Assembly (NCBI GenBank): GCA_043228905.1
Contig: JBHGNT010000007.1
Coordinates: 6,324,001 to 6,388,000 of the forward strand
Direction of reading: 5' to 3'
Origin: Azolla caroliniana
Taxonomy: Eukaryota; Plantae; Polypodiophyta
Length of the DNA stretch: 64,000 nt
The notes beneath the pieces are model-generated. The model had not been told where the DNA came from. It did no database searches and worked only from the letters and a program-made list of their open reading frames with translations. Below are positions 1 through 12,602 of the stretch, piece after piece. Each line of letters opens with the position of its first letter. The first letter of the stretch is position 1. A program made the translations under genes and the position numbers.

Positions 1-689
1 ACGATAAGAGACAAATTGATTTACCACTAAAGCTACAAACAAGTGTTTTAGATTTTGTATATTTTCTTTTCCTATTCAGTATTCCATAGGAAACAAATAC
101 ATAAAAAACTATGTGCACAAAACCATGGTTTAACCCATGGTTTTAGCCCATGGTTTTAACCCCTGATTTTGCATGGAGACACCTATAAAAGCCTCTAGTT
201 GGGCTTGTGTAAGGGGGAAGCTATGTACTAATGAAGAAATAACTAATAATAAGAAAACTAGTTATCCTATTGGTGATGTATCTGATAGATTTTACACTCA
301 AACTTAAACCATAGATATACTGAGACACAAACGAAACAAAAACAAGGAGGACACAATTTATGTGGAAAACCCTGATTTCAGGGAAAAACCACGGCGAATA
401 GAAATTTTCACTATGAGACAAGAATAAATACAAGCATGAAATGATAGAACCTGATTTGGTATGGATGTACTCTCAGGTTGTTATCTGAAATCTTACATAA
501 TAGTATCTTCTCCTTCAAAATTAAAGTCAAGGGTTCTATCTTTATTTATCTTCAATACATTCTCGCTTACGCTAGTAAAACATCGAGTCCTTCCGGTCCA
601 GGACCCCGGTGGTCCCGCTTCATTTCGCGAGTGCTCGTGGAGTCAGAGACCAACATAGAGTTCGTTCAATGGCTTATTATGAATAGTCC

Positions 690-1180
690 AGCATAGTCAT
701 CGTATTCGGAGTTGGTGGCGTAGTTTGTGAGTTGTTGGCTTGTTGAAAACAACTCACTTCTCTTTTTCTGACACTCCTCTTCGCGGTGGCCAATTTTGCT
801 GCAATAGGTTCAAGTGGTGGGCCTCGTTTGGTGACCTTGTTCGGCATTGAAGCTCCCCCTTCTTCCGAAGGTTCCTCGATGGCTTTCGTCTTGTTGTTGA
901 AGGTTTAGGTCGAATTGACCTCTTCTACCATCTCGACCTCGTCCTCGGCCACCATCCAAACTCGAGAAAAACATTTGTCCTTCCGATGTCTTGGTTTTGG
1001 TTCAGACGTGGTTCTCTTCGACCAATAGCATTGATTGAAGGTTGAAGAACAAAGGACAGTTTTCCCTTGCTAGGATAGTTGTCCTTAACGATTGTATAAC
1101 CGATCGGGAGCCGATTCCCACTCCGATTCTTTTCGTTGGGGAATGGAAGCCTATGCTACTTCCCGAGCTGGCAAGCTTAA
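690..1180 (-). mobile_element. Decayed Copia gag fragment, related to element A but in opposite orientation
   Basis: The reverse complement of ~697-1105 matches ~2150-2590, e.g. ttcaacaagccaacaactcacaaactacgc vs ttcaacaagtcaacaactcacaaacttcgc. No intact ORF. Confidence 0.7.
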
Positions 1181-1622
1181 GTATATGTAAAAAGCTACAT
1201 ACGTAGACCAAATGGCAAAAGGACATATATATGCATTATGGAAAGTACCATGACTAGCAATTACCAAAAGTCAATAGTGGTTCAACGACAACACCCTGTT
1301 TTGGTCCGTACCTCATGATCAATGGCCACACTAGACACCAAAAATTTAAGGTCCTCCATTATTTCTTTTTCTTTTTCTTTTTATTTCCATTATTTTAGTT
1401 CATAGGGTCATGTTTTAGAATAAATCTAAGCCTATACAACATGAACGGAACCAAGGTAGGACTCCCATATCACCTTATTCAAAATTCCTCCATTTTGTGG
1501 AACCACTATCTAAGAGCTCACCTTGATTGAGTATTGATCTAAGGGCCAACAATTGTTTTGTCCAAAGTAACTTCATACAATGGGCCAATTGTTTTCTCCA
1601 AAGTAACTTCATCGTACATATT

Positions 1623-2061
1623 TGTTGAGGGATCAAGCTCAACTTAGTTCAGTTAGTTAGTCAACCATGTAACTTCGTAGTTACCTAGATAGAATCTAGT
1701 TAGACGTGTTGACTATAACGCCTTAAATAGGACCTTGTACTTAAGTGGGATATTCTAGATCCTCCCCTCCTAAGTACATTTAATATAGAACTTACACATT
1801 AGTACCTATATTCTACTCACACATGTGCACCTTTACACATGAGGTGTATATATACCTCATTGTGGGTATCTTTGTATTTGATGATGTTTTATAATATACA
1901 CTCTAGTTTACTCATCCCCCATCTTGTGTTGTTCATAATTGTATCCTTCCTCTCTCTCTTCCTCTCACACACATACACACGCATATCACATAATCTTCCG
2001 CTTAACTTAATCACATAATTAGGTACTAATTAACCCTTAATTAATCACCTAATTCTTAACA
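1623..2061 (+). repeat. Element A 5' LTR
   Basis: TGTTGAG...CTTAACA; about 16 differences from 28429-28867 by eye. Confidence 0.95.
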
Positions 2062-2073
2062 TGGTATTAGAGC
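2062..2073 (+). promoter_or_regulatory. Element A primer-binding site (tRNA-iMet type)
   Basis: TGGTATTAGAGC directly after the LTR; one mismatch to the canonical TGGTATCAGAGC. Confidence 0.9.
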
Positions 2074-3472
2074 GTGTGGTTTAGCCTATCCACTAAGCCC
2101 ATACGCATCTTCACAATAGTGTGTTTGAGACGTCAACGAGATGGTTCAAGTATGCTTGGGCGGCCTCGCACAACGATTCGATCCATTACGGACGGCAATC
2201 TTGGCGAGAGAAAACCCTCCTTCATTCTTCGACCTCCAATCAATGTTATTGGTCAAAGAGAACCATGTCTGAACCAAAAGCAAGACGTCAGAAGGACAAA
2301 TGTTCTTCTCAAAGTCGGACGATGGCCGAGGAGGAGGTCACGGCGGTAGAAGAGGTCAATTCGACCCATCACACGAAGGGAACTCAAACCTTCACGGAAG
2401 CCATTAAGGAACCTTCGGAAGAAGGGGGAGCTTCCATGCCGAACATGGTCGGCAAATGAGGCCCGCAACTTGCAACTATTGCGGCAAAATCGGCCACCGT
2501 TAGGAGGAATACCAAAAAAGAAGAAGCGAGTTGGCTTCAACAAGTCAACAACTCACAAACTTCGCATCGCACTCCGACTACGACAATCGTAGCGGAATAT
2601 TCACGAATCACGCATCGAATTCCGACTACGGGGACCGTGGCGGAATGTTCGTAATGAGGCATAGAGCGAACTCTATGACGGCAACTCCACAAGCACAATT
2701 CGGAAGACGTGTGGTTCATCGACTCCGGCGCCTCACATCACATGACATCTCACAAAGAATGGTTTTGTGATTTATAAACGCCAGATCGACCTGGCTTCAT
2801 AGAGACGGGAGACGACACCACGCACCCCATTCGGCACATCGGCAATGTCCCATTCGGGAAAGAAGGCGAGCAAACTTGCATCAAGAATGTCTTGCACGTG
2901 CCCACAATAACGAAGAATTTGGTCTCGGTCGGCCAAATCGTGGAGCAAGGCATGCAAGTCCGCTTCAACAACGAAGGTTGCTTCATTGAGAAAGATGGCC
3001 GACTCATAGCTAAGGGGCGGAGAGACGGCCGAATGTTCATCCTTGATTCGAACGAGGTGAAATCGGCAATGTACGCCAAAGGTCTCAAAACTGAGACAAG
3101 CATCGAGTTGTGGCACAAGAGAATCGGCCACATAAACCTCCAACGGCTTCGAGTGATGCAAACCAAGAGAGTCTTCATCGGACTTCCTACATTCGAGTCA
3201 AAACGAGTCGACCGAGTATGCAAAGCGTGTCAACTCAGCATCGAGTTGTGGCACATAAACCTCCAACAACTTTGAGTGATACAAACCAAGAGAGTCGTCA
3301 TCGGACTTCCTACATTCGAGTCAAAACGAGTCGACCGAGTATGCAAAGCATGTCAACTTGACAAACAACATCAACTCCCATTCCCGAAGGAGAGTCACGC
3401 AAGCAAAGGCCTCCTCGACGTCATACACTCGGATGTATGGGGACCGGCTCAAACGCCGACGATCGACGAGTT

Positions 3473-4350
3473 TGTTGGGAGACACGTCCCTCCGGATGGG
3501 AAGGGAGAAGAACAGTGCCGACGAACAATCTCGGCCGAGGCTGATAGGCTGAGGCCGAAACCGGATGAGGAGTACCCGGCTATGGAGAGCCGGATGGTGC
3601 AGGCCCAGTGTGAACCGGATGAGGAGTACCCGGCTTTGGTGAGCCGGATGGTGCAGGCCCGGTGTGAACCGGATGAGGAGTACCCGGCTACGGAGAGCCG
3701 GATGGTGCAGGCCCGGTGTGAACCGGATGAGGAGTACCCGGCTACGGAGAGCCGGATGGTGCAGGCCCGGTGTGAACCGGATGAGGAGTACCCGGCTACG
3801 GAGAGCCGGATGGTGCAGAACCGGTGAGAACCGGATGAGGAGCACCCGGCTACGGAGAGCCGGATGACACAGACCCGGTGCGAACCGGAGGAAGAGACAT
3901 ATTCGTAAATATGTTTCTGAGAGCCCATCGAGGCTACATTTGTAAATAGCCGAAAAGTCATATTAGTATAAATATGACTTAGGGCAAACTTTTAGTGTTG
4001 TTGTTGTCATTTTCTTGTTGGTGCAAGAAGAAGAGAGAGCACGTAACAGTGTACACAGAGAGAGAGAGAGAAAGAGGTCGCCGCCTCTGTTGTAACCGCC
4101 GCCTGTGGCGAAGATCGTGAGCACGAGGTCGTTGCCTTCATGAACTCACTATTTTGTACATTCCAACTTAGTGATAGTTTGCAGCCTGTGAGCTGCCGTG
4201 GTTTTTCCCTCTTTGGGTTTTCCACGTAAACATTCCGTGTACCCTTTTCTCTCCTTTGTGTCGCATGTTTTTCGTTCCCTGTTTCCTGTGTATGAAAAGA
4301 AGCTCGGTTGTGGCCGAGCGTTGTGTATAAGGAGCGTTGAGTTCCCGACA
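3473..4350 (+). mobile_element. Element E: solo-LTR-like insertion within the element A integrase region
   Basis: Termini TGTTGGGA...TCCCGACA, TATA-like AGTATAAAT near 3966, 54-bp tandem array. No short TSD; flanked by a 163-bp duplication instead. Confidence 0.7.
3561..3893 (+). repeat. 54-bp tandem repeat, ~6 copies
   Basis: Unit ccggatgaggagtacccggctacggagagccggatggtgcaggcccggtgtgaa starts at 3561, 3615, 3669, 3723, 3777 and 3831, with a partial copy at 3885. Confidence 0.95.
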
Positions 4351-5789
4351 CTTCCTACATTCGAGTCAAAACGAGTCAACCGAGTATGCAAAGCGTGTCA
4401 ACTCGACAAACAACATCAACTCCCATTCCCGAAGGAGAGTCACGCAAGCAATGGCCTCCTCGACGTCATACACTCGGATGTATGGGGACCGGCTCAAACG
4501 CCGACGATCGACGGATGCCGATACTACGTAACCTTCATCGACGACTACTCGCACTACACGTGGATCTACCCGATGAAGAAGAAAAGTGAAGTGCTCTCCC
4601 ACTTCCAAAAGCTCGAGGGGCAAGTCGAAATAGAAACCGGTCGGCACATTCGATGCCTACGATCGGATGGAGGCGAGTACTTCTCCGACGAAATTCACTT
4701 CCTACCTCCAAAGTGAAGGCATTCGTAGACAATTCTCGTGCCGACACACCCCCCAACAAAATGGAGTAGCCGAAAGGAAGAATCGGCAAATACTTGAGGT
4801 AGCACGCGCCATGATGCATGAGAAGCACATGCCGAATTTCTATTGGGCCGAAGCGGCATCCACGGCCATCTATCTCATGAATAGATGCACCACTAATGGA
4901 GTGCATGAGCTACCTCCATATGAGCTCCTCGTCGGAAGGAAGCCGATCCTGTTGCACCTCAAGGTGTTCAGAAGCATTGCGAATGTACGCATCCCGAACG
5001 AACAACTACAGATGCCCGACGCGAAGTCAGAGGAATGTATCCTCATAGGATACTCGTCCGAGAAGAAAGCATACAAGTGCTACAACCCTTCTACCCAAGC
5101 GGTTCGAGTAAGTCGATTCATAGTCTTCGACGAGTCTGCATCCTGGTACACACCAGAGACAACTTTGACTCCGACTCTGCTCGACCCGGAATCCGCCGAA
5201 CAAGAGGTAGAAGATGAAGATCGCTTCGAACACATGTTCGAAGAAAGTCCGATTACGACAAGGCCTAGTGGGCCACAAGAGCCCCCACGCAACCCAAGCA
5301 TGTCGCGGCCAAGTACAAACTTGGACAAAGGCAAAGGTAAGATGCCTAATTACGAAGTCGATCACCCCGACCACAGTGATTCGGATGTGTCGGCTCTCTC
5401 ACTAGACAGTGAGTTAGGTGTACCCATCATGCGGACACCCGGAGTAAAGAAGGCGCTCACATCGGCGAGCGAAAAACTTCAACTCTCATCTAGAGCTAAG
5501 AACCTCTTCATTTGGCACGGCTACAGCAAGTACATGGCCCATCATTACGCCTTTGCGATGAAGGTAGCGGCCGAACAAGAGCCAAAGAGCTCCACCGAAG
5601 CGACTCGTAACCCACGATGGGTGGAAGTAGTCGACCTTCTCCCACACACTACAAGCCTTCGTCACCGGCTTGAGGGGGAGGAACCGAGATTGCCACGGCG
5701 AAGAAAGCCAAAGGCCAGACGAAAGCACACGAAGCCGACGAAAACCAAAGCAGATGTCGGACGCCTCACACTTGAGCCTGAGGGGGTGT

Positions 5790-6599
5790 TGTCGAGGAAA
5801 TCCTCGCGGATGCGTAGAAGTTGGGCAGGACCACGGGGGTCTTGAACCAAGGAATCAAGAAGTGAGGAGGAAGATTTCATGGTTTACGTAAGCCCTGAGA
5901 CCGCGGTTTAAACAGAGAAGGTTAGCGAAACGAGAGAGATAGTGTAAGAGGATCGTGTGTAGACACAGGCACAGACAAATATGCTAAGAACAACTTGCGT
6001 TAGATAGATAAGTTTCTATTAATCAATATATGCGCGTAGCGTTGTAGGTGATTACAACCGGATCAGTGTCGGTGATCGAGTGTAGGCTCTACAGTAGTCA
6101 GATACAAAGTTGAGTAGGCACACAAAAGGTCGATCCCCTGGTCAGGAGCACTCCGGCGTCTGACGCGAGCAGGGGAAGCGCCTTCCAGTGATCCGTCATA
6201 GGACTCCTCGTCTTCTTTGTTCTCTGTTTCCTTTCTCCTCTCCGTCTCTTTTCTCCTCTCTTCTCTCGACTACCTCCCTATTTCTTTCTCCTCTCCAGAC
6301 GACATCCCCCAAAACAGTCGAAGGTCGCCCCTTTTATAGCACAAGGAGTGACCGTTACAGAGCATTCATGACATGTCTCTTTCCCTTCCTAGATTCTTCC
6401 CCATGATTCTCTCTCCTCGTAACTCTCCCTACTTACACGATGTCTGAATCCCTATTAATGGCTTAACTACCTAGTACACCTCCTTCTACCTATGCCTAGT
6501 ACTTACACTATTTGATTCACTAGGGGTGTGCACTCGTGCACACCAGTGTTCCTGCGCGTTTCACATTGTTTCCACCTATGGCCCGGAATCTTCACAACA
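5790..6599 (-). repeat. Element B 3' LTR (810 bp)
   Basis: Direct repeat of 27805-28425 plus an extra 189-bp segment. Confidence 0.93.
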
Positions 6600-6673
6600 T
6601 CCACCCCCACTAAACCGCACATACTCCGGTATGTGCCGGGTAGCGAATTTAGTGAGGGATTCTGGGCCATCTG

Positions 6674-9600
6674 CTACTCGTCCTCCCCTTCTGAACTAGC
6701 GCTTTCGGCTCCCGGGTCCGGTCCCGCTTCGTTCCGCCTCTTGAAGGCCGTTATCTGCTTCCCGGCCACCGGAGTCGTCATTCGAGTCCCGTCGAGCTCT
6801 GCAAGATGATACGCCGTGTTATCGTTGACGCTAATTACCACGTATGGCCCGAACCATCGCATCGCGAACTTACGCGTGGACCTATCTTGGTTGTCGAGGC
6901 TGCTATCGTAGACTAACACCCAATCGCCTTCCTCGATCTTCCTTGGCTGGAGACGGTGTGTTCAGTCAAACCGGGCCTTGTTCCGGATCCTCGCTTCTTT
7001 CACCCTCGCCGTGGCCCGCTCTACGTCCTCCGGCCTTCACTCGAGTTGCCTGATTCAGGCTGCTAGCAATTCTTCTCGGCTCATTATGCTGGCCCAATTG
7101 ATCCCAGCCCACGAGGTGATCGTTCGCTCCACTAGCATGATGGGTTTTTATCCAAACATTGTCACTGAATTGTGGGTAGTCTTGTCCGCCCATAGCGCGT
7201 AAGGGAGCAACCTCGGCCAATCACCGACTCGTCCTTCGCATGCGCATACAATGGCTTTTACGATCGGACCATGGCCCCTCTCAATCTTTCCATTTGCCTC
7301 CGGGTTGTACGTCGTCGTGAGGGACAGTTTTACACCTAACCGATCGAACAGTTCCTCGGCCTATTCCGTGTCTAGCTCGCCTCGGTCAACCATGATTTTT
7401 CCCACGCACCCGTATCGGCATATGACATCTTCAATCAGAAACTTACATATTGTCGCAATGGTCTTGTTCGTTAGTGCTCAGCCCTCTACCTGGTTCGTTA
7501 GGTCTTGTCTAGCCAACACCAGGTATCGCTTCTGACCCTCTCCCATCGACATCGTTACTAAGTCGACCATCCATTTGAAGTGCACGGTCGGGGGGTATGT
7601 TGGGTGCAGCTCGTTGCAGTGTCGAACCACCGAGTGCATCTGGCAACTTTCGCATCTGGACACGAAGTCATGCATGCTCTTATATATACCCGGCCACCAG
7701 TATTTCTCCTTTAACTTCTCGAATGTGACCCATGTACCCCGGTGTCCAAACCAAGGGCTTTCGTGGAACTCCGATATTAGCTTTTCTTGATCATCCGCCC
7801 GCACTATTACCCGGAGCGGTGCGTCGTTTCGCCCTTTTGGGACCCTCCAGCTTTTCCCATTCTGTAGGAAGTATCGGTATGCCCTTTTTCGGAGTTGCCC
7901 CGCTTCCTCCCTAGTCATCGAGGCGTCCGCCGTCATTGTTTTTAGAAATCTTCCGATTAGAAGCCACTCCCGATCATAGTCGTCTTCGTCGAACTCGTTC
8001 AGGGGCGGAGCGCTTCACCTTTTTATCCTCATTCTTGTTGATTCGAAAAAGTCCGCGCCGACTTCTTCGTTCTATGATACCATGTCGTCCTCGTCCTCGA
8101 ACCTTGCTCTGGAAAGCATATCGGCCATGGCGTTGTCTTTACCTAAGATGTGTCGTATCTCTGGGTTCAAAGACTTGATGTACGCAATCCACCTGAGCAT
8201 GGCCAGGTCAAGAGTTGCGCATCCGGAGACCATGTCTGATTCTATAATCACTTCCATCCCGATTAGGTAGTCTTTGTTGACCTTAACCGCCAAAACGATA
8301 CCCCATAGCTCGCGCTTGACTTGGGCGTATCCTCGTTATCGCTCACTCACTACCTTCACACCGAACCGGATAGGGAAACGCATGTTGTCTTCGTCCTCTT
8401 GATTTACGACCCATCTGATCCCGGTTGGGCTGGTGTCCACCGTGATGTAGACCGGAGTTCCCGGTGCGTATTCCGCTTTGCGTAAAGCTGGTGCTGCAGT
8501 CAGCGTTCGTTTTAGCCTCCGGACCACCTCGGTATGTTCCTTTGTCCATTCGAACTTCCTGCTCTTCTTTAGCAAGCCGTAGAGTGGTTCGGCGACGTGC
8601 GCATAATGAGGGATCCATATGTGGTAGAAGGCGCATGCTCCTAAGAATCGTCGGACCTCTGTGATGGATCCGCACTCCTCCTTCATTGCCGAGATGGCCT
8701 CTACCTTGGTTGGCGATGGCTTTCGGTTGTACGACCCACATAGATGGCCCACGACTAAGATCTCTGGTTGTCCGAAAGCCGACTTTTCTCCCGAGAAGGT
8801 AAGCCGCACGTCTTCGAGCCTCTATAGTATCTTCTCGCAGTCGGAGATATGGTCAGTGACAAACCTTCGGCACCCGTCCACGCTCATCGACTCATCCTTG
8901 GTGTCCTCCGGACACCCCTTGGTAGGGATGTCGTCCAGGAAAGGCATGGTGATGTCCGGAATGCAGTCCCGCAGAACTCTGTTCATTACATTCACCATGT
9001 GTGCCACCGAGTTGGTCCCTCCCTGTGGTAGGGTACACATTCGAACTAGGCCGAGAGGGGTTCGCATTGTTGTGATGTCCCTACTTTCCACGGGCAGCTA
9101 GAACTGGTCGTACCCCGAGTAAAGGTCTCTGATCGAGTATATGGACCTTCCGGCGAAGGCTTCTGCGAACTAATCGATCGACGATCCAACTCCCGTATTG
9201 CGGATGGTCACCTTATTGAACGGTTGTAAGTCCTGGATGAAGCGCAGCATACCGTTCTTCTTTGGTACCATAAACCACCGGTTAGAGTAAGGGGCACTGG
9301 ATGGTTCGAGGATGCCCAGCTCCACCTTCTGGTTAAGGAGCTCCATCAACATTGGCATGTGAGCTCTCGGTACTTGAATCGGTTTGAGACTCCATGGCAC
9401 GTGCGGCACGATAAAGATCGCCATTGATTCGACAATGGTTGGGTCCACGCATCCGATCTCTCCCCGCGAGAATGCGAAGGCTTTCCCGTACCTCTCAAGC
9501 ATCCTTCTGAACCGGTCCTCTTCCGTCGGTAGTAGGAAGCCAACCCCACCGATCTTCAGCTCTCGTAGTGTTTTGTCGGTGAAACGGTGTCCAATGCCGG

Positions 9601-9937
9601 CCGGATCTTGCAAACTCAGGTCGGTAGCAACCCCCTTTATTCATTCCCAGCTGCCGTCCAGTAAGGGGGCCACAGAGGGCTTCACCTTCCGGTCCATAGT
9701 CTTGTACTTGGTGTCTACTCTGGCGATCCGATGCGCCCTAGTTTTTCTTTCGAAGTCTGCAATGACTTCATACATGTCGACCAAGTTGACCGGTATGACT
9801 CGGTCTTCGCTTAGGCCTCCTTCGACTACTTTTCCGATTTCTCCAAGGGTGTCATTGAACGAGACCACCTCCACGGCTTCCCCAATCCCTTCGTCGTGAC
9901 TCAAGGCTCTGCACGCTTTTAAGCATATCTCGGCCAC
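6674..9937 (-). pseudogene. Element B RT-RNase H-integrase remnant
   Basis: Minus-strand ORF fragments YSNRWFMVPKKNG, PFLDDIPTKG, EVRRFLGAC, HESPWFGHRG...CESCQ and KFAMRWFGPY; multiple stops. Confidence 0.88.
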
Positions 9938-10057
9938 TAATGTTGGCTATGGTACATCCCCCGTTGTCGGAGAACAAAACTTTCCTTCCTATTTTACAAG
10001 TGTGGGGAATTTTCTAGCTATCTGGACTATCGCGGCCCCACGCCTTGATAGCCCTTT

Positions 10058-12141
10058 CTAAAAATCAGCCTTGTCGTTATTTCCAAGGGTGTCCCTGTTC
10101 CGCTCTTGATTCTTCCGAACGGTCAAAGTTTGGACGGAATGACGACCGTCCTAACTTTTTGCCCTTGCATAGGTTGAACCATTGTCCAGCACTTTCGTCT
10201 CCAATCTAGTCGTCGTGATGTATGGTTCGCCGAGGATGACCGAGTGGGAGGACGTCTCTTGCACGAAAAAGTGTTGTTTATATCGACGTCTCTGACGCTC
10301 ACCCTGACATTTGGGCAAGCCCCGTGTAGTTCTTCTGTGGCTCTTGTAACCGCACGTATCTTCCACCCGTGTTTGGTGTTGATCGGCCAATTCCCCTTTT
10401 TGTAGAAGTCCATGAATATCAGGTTAATTTTCGACCCATGGTCAATTAATGCCACCACCGGTTCCTTCACATCCCCGATACGAACCGGGGTTTCTGTAGT
10501 TGCTCTTGCCCAATGCGGCCTGGCGTAGTGGCTCTCCGCGAGCTCGTCGTCTGTGGCCATCTTGTAAAGGAGTGCCGCTCTTACCTCAACCGGCTTCTCG
10601 GGCTCCAGTTCCGTTGCGAGACGCTTTCTCTTCACGAGGTCCACGATGTTGTCGTGGAATTCCCTTTTCGCTATGCCAAGAACTTCCCTAAGCGTGAGTT
10701 CTACGCGACTGTCGAGAACTCGCTCCTCTAGAACCTTCTGTAGGTTTGTTGTTTTCTCGATCTCCAAGCTTAAACAGAAGCTCGGAATCCTGCCCTTCTC
10801 CTTCTCCTAGGACCCGGTCGGAGTGGCATCGTGCCTTTTTGGTGTGCTTCGGGTGTCATACCTCCCCGAAGGGCCCGCTCCCCCAGTTTTCCCCGCTCAC
10901 CTTTCGTCGATCAGGGCCTCATAGTTCCTGCACGCGGCCTCCACAAACCCGGTGCTCTCCTCAACGGGGTCACTCCAACCGGTAACTTCACGCACACGCT
11001 CCTCTGCGCGCTCCGCTTCTCCCTTCTGCAACCTTCCTCCGAACAAGGTCTCGAGAATAACCGGCCAGAACCCAGGGTTTGAATCAGGTTTGGCCGCCTT
11101 TTCGCCTACGCGGATGCCGACCGAAGCCGAGTAGTGGACGGCATCGATGTGTCGTGCCACGGCTTCTTCCATTAGCCTCTTCATGCCACCTCGTCCGAAA
11201 TTCGCGTCAAGCAATCTTCATGTGTCGGTCGCATGTATCCTGCCATTCGAAAGATAGACTACATTATTCCTGAGCGCTTCACCGAGGTCAGTGCAATCTC
11301 TCCGGGAATGTCTAGTGGCGTCGCACCATATGCACCTCTGATTGGCCGGCGGTCGTCGGTCACATGGCTGACCCTCATCGCTTCATCGGGCCTGGGCGAT
11401 CTGGAGGTTGCACACCATCCTTGTTAGTTCTTCGAGTCTTGCGCCGCCTGTAGGCCCCGCGACTACGTTTGCCGAGGGTGGGCCTAGCTCGAGCCACCTC
11501 CTCGTTTCTTCCATTCGTGTCGGTGTCGGCTTGGCTCTGGTTTCGACAGCTGGTCCGGCTGGTGAGGACCCCCTTTCTTTCCAATCTCGGCGTTTGTCAA
11601 TCCTACTGCATACTTCTTTGACAGTCGCCCAGTCAATTGTGAGACCGCGGTTGGTTTCCGAAAGAAGACCCACGCTTTCCCGGACGCGTGAGTCAAACGA
11701 CGTAACGAAAAATAGGACTTTGCTCGTTTCGAGCATGGTTCGGTCCAATCTAGAGAGCCGCGCGAACCGTGACTCGAACTCCTGGAGGAGCGTCGAAGCG
11801 TCTTGACCCTTGTCGGGGCTGTTGACCCAATCCATAAAGTCCTTTCTCCATAGCTGAAGCGAGTCGTCGTAGTTATATCTTTCAAGAACTTCCTCCGTGA
11901 ATTCCGCCCAATCACGGCAGCCCCCTTGTATTTCGGCCATCTCCGTATGGATGTGTGGTGTCACGACCCGGGGAAACCCTGTCAGCCTTCTATCCTTGGG
12001 TATATTCCTCATCTGCATTTCAAATTTGTAGGCCTCTAAGTAACTCGTGGAGTCTTTCCCACTGAACTGGACTATCTTGTCGATCGTTGCTTCTATGGCC
12101 CTATCGAGGGCACTCACGCCCTCGCGAGTGCTAACCAGGTG
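10058..12141 (-). pseudogene. Element B gag-protease remnant (first six codons displaced to 27714-27731 by element C)
   Basis: Removing C restores MAVAVD-HLVSTREGVSALDRAIEATIDKI; protease motif ALIDHGSKINL; ends ADF-TAG at 10058. Confidence 0.82.
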
Positions 12142-12146
12142 GTCTA

Positions 12147-12602
12147 TGTTACCCGTTCCTTTGGGTGAACACCTTCGATAGATCTGCGTCTATCAGTCTT
12201 CAAGGGCGTGGTACGTGAAGGCTCGTAACAGAGGTGTCGAGAGAGATACAAGGCTCAGAGAGAAAACACTAGCGAGGTCTTGATAGACGTGGCGGCGTGA
12301 ACCTCATAGGTATGGATCAAAGCACAGACTCATGCAGCAAAAATAGGCACAAATCAGATATATTACTATGACAGAAAAGATTACAGAACACGGCCTATGG
12401 CCGGTGACCTTACGAGTTTATCTAATTACGAATGACTAAGCTAGTGCTTCCGCCTATAGTTTTCTTCTCCTCCTCTCTGAGGTACTGGTCCTCGTTTAAA
12501 TAACTTTTCCCCTAATACACAGCCGAGTCGTCGATGGCCCGTGATACTCGGACTCGGCGTTTGCTAATTTCCTAATTTTACATTTTTGTCCCTTGGACAA
12601 CA
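12147..12602 (-). repeat. Element C 3' LTR
   Basis: About 13 differences from 27258-27713 by eye. Confidence 0.95.

Larger units (their letters stand above)
2121..5650 (+). pseudogene. Element A gag-PR-integrase remnant (stops, frameshifts, interrupted at 3473-4350)
   Basis: CNYCGKIGH knuckle, WFIDSGASHHMTSH, NVLHVPTITKNLVSV, IELWHKRIGH, VIHSDVWGP, YYVTFIDDYS, LRSDGGEY, TPQQNGVAERKNR. Homology stops after EPKSSTEATRNPRW, just before RT. Confidence 0.9.

Noticed and set aside
121-460. 13-bp palindromic repeats (aacccatggtttt) and LTR-like motifs at the window start
   Set aside because: Probably part of an LTR truncated by the window edge; termini and a partner repeat cannot be established.
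3561-3893. 54-bp array as a CRISPR or a real repeat protein (EPDEEYPATESRMVQARC)
   Set aside because: There are no unique spacers and the context is eukaryotic. The array is open in several frames simply because it is a GC-rich unit divisible by three inside an LTR-like element.
5936-6128. 189-bp LTR indel as a spliced-out intron
   Set aside because: The boundaries are not GT-AG on either strand.
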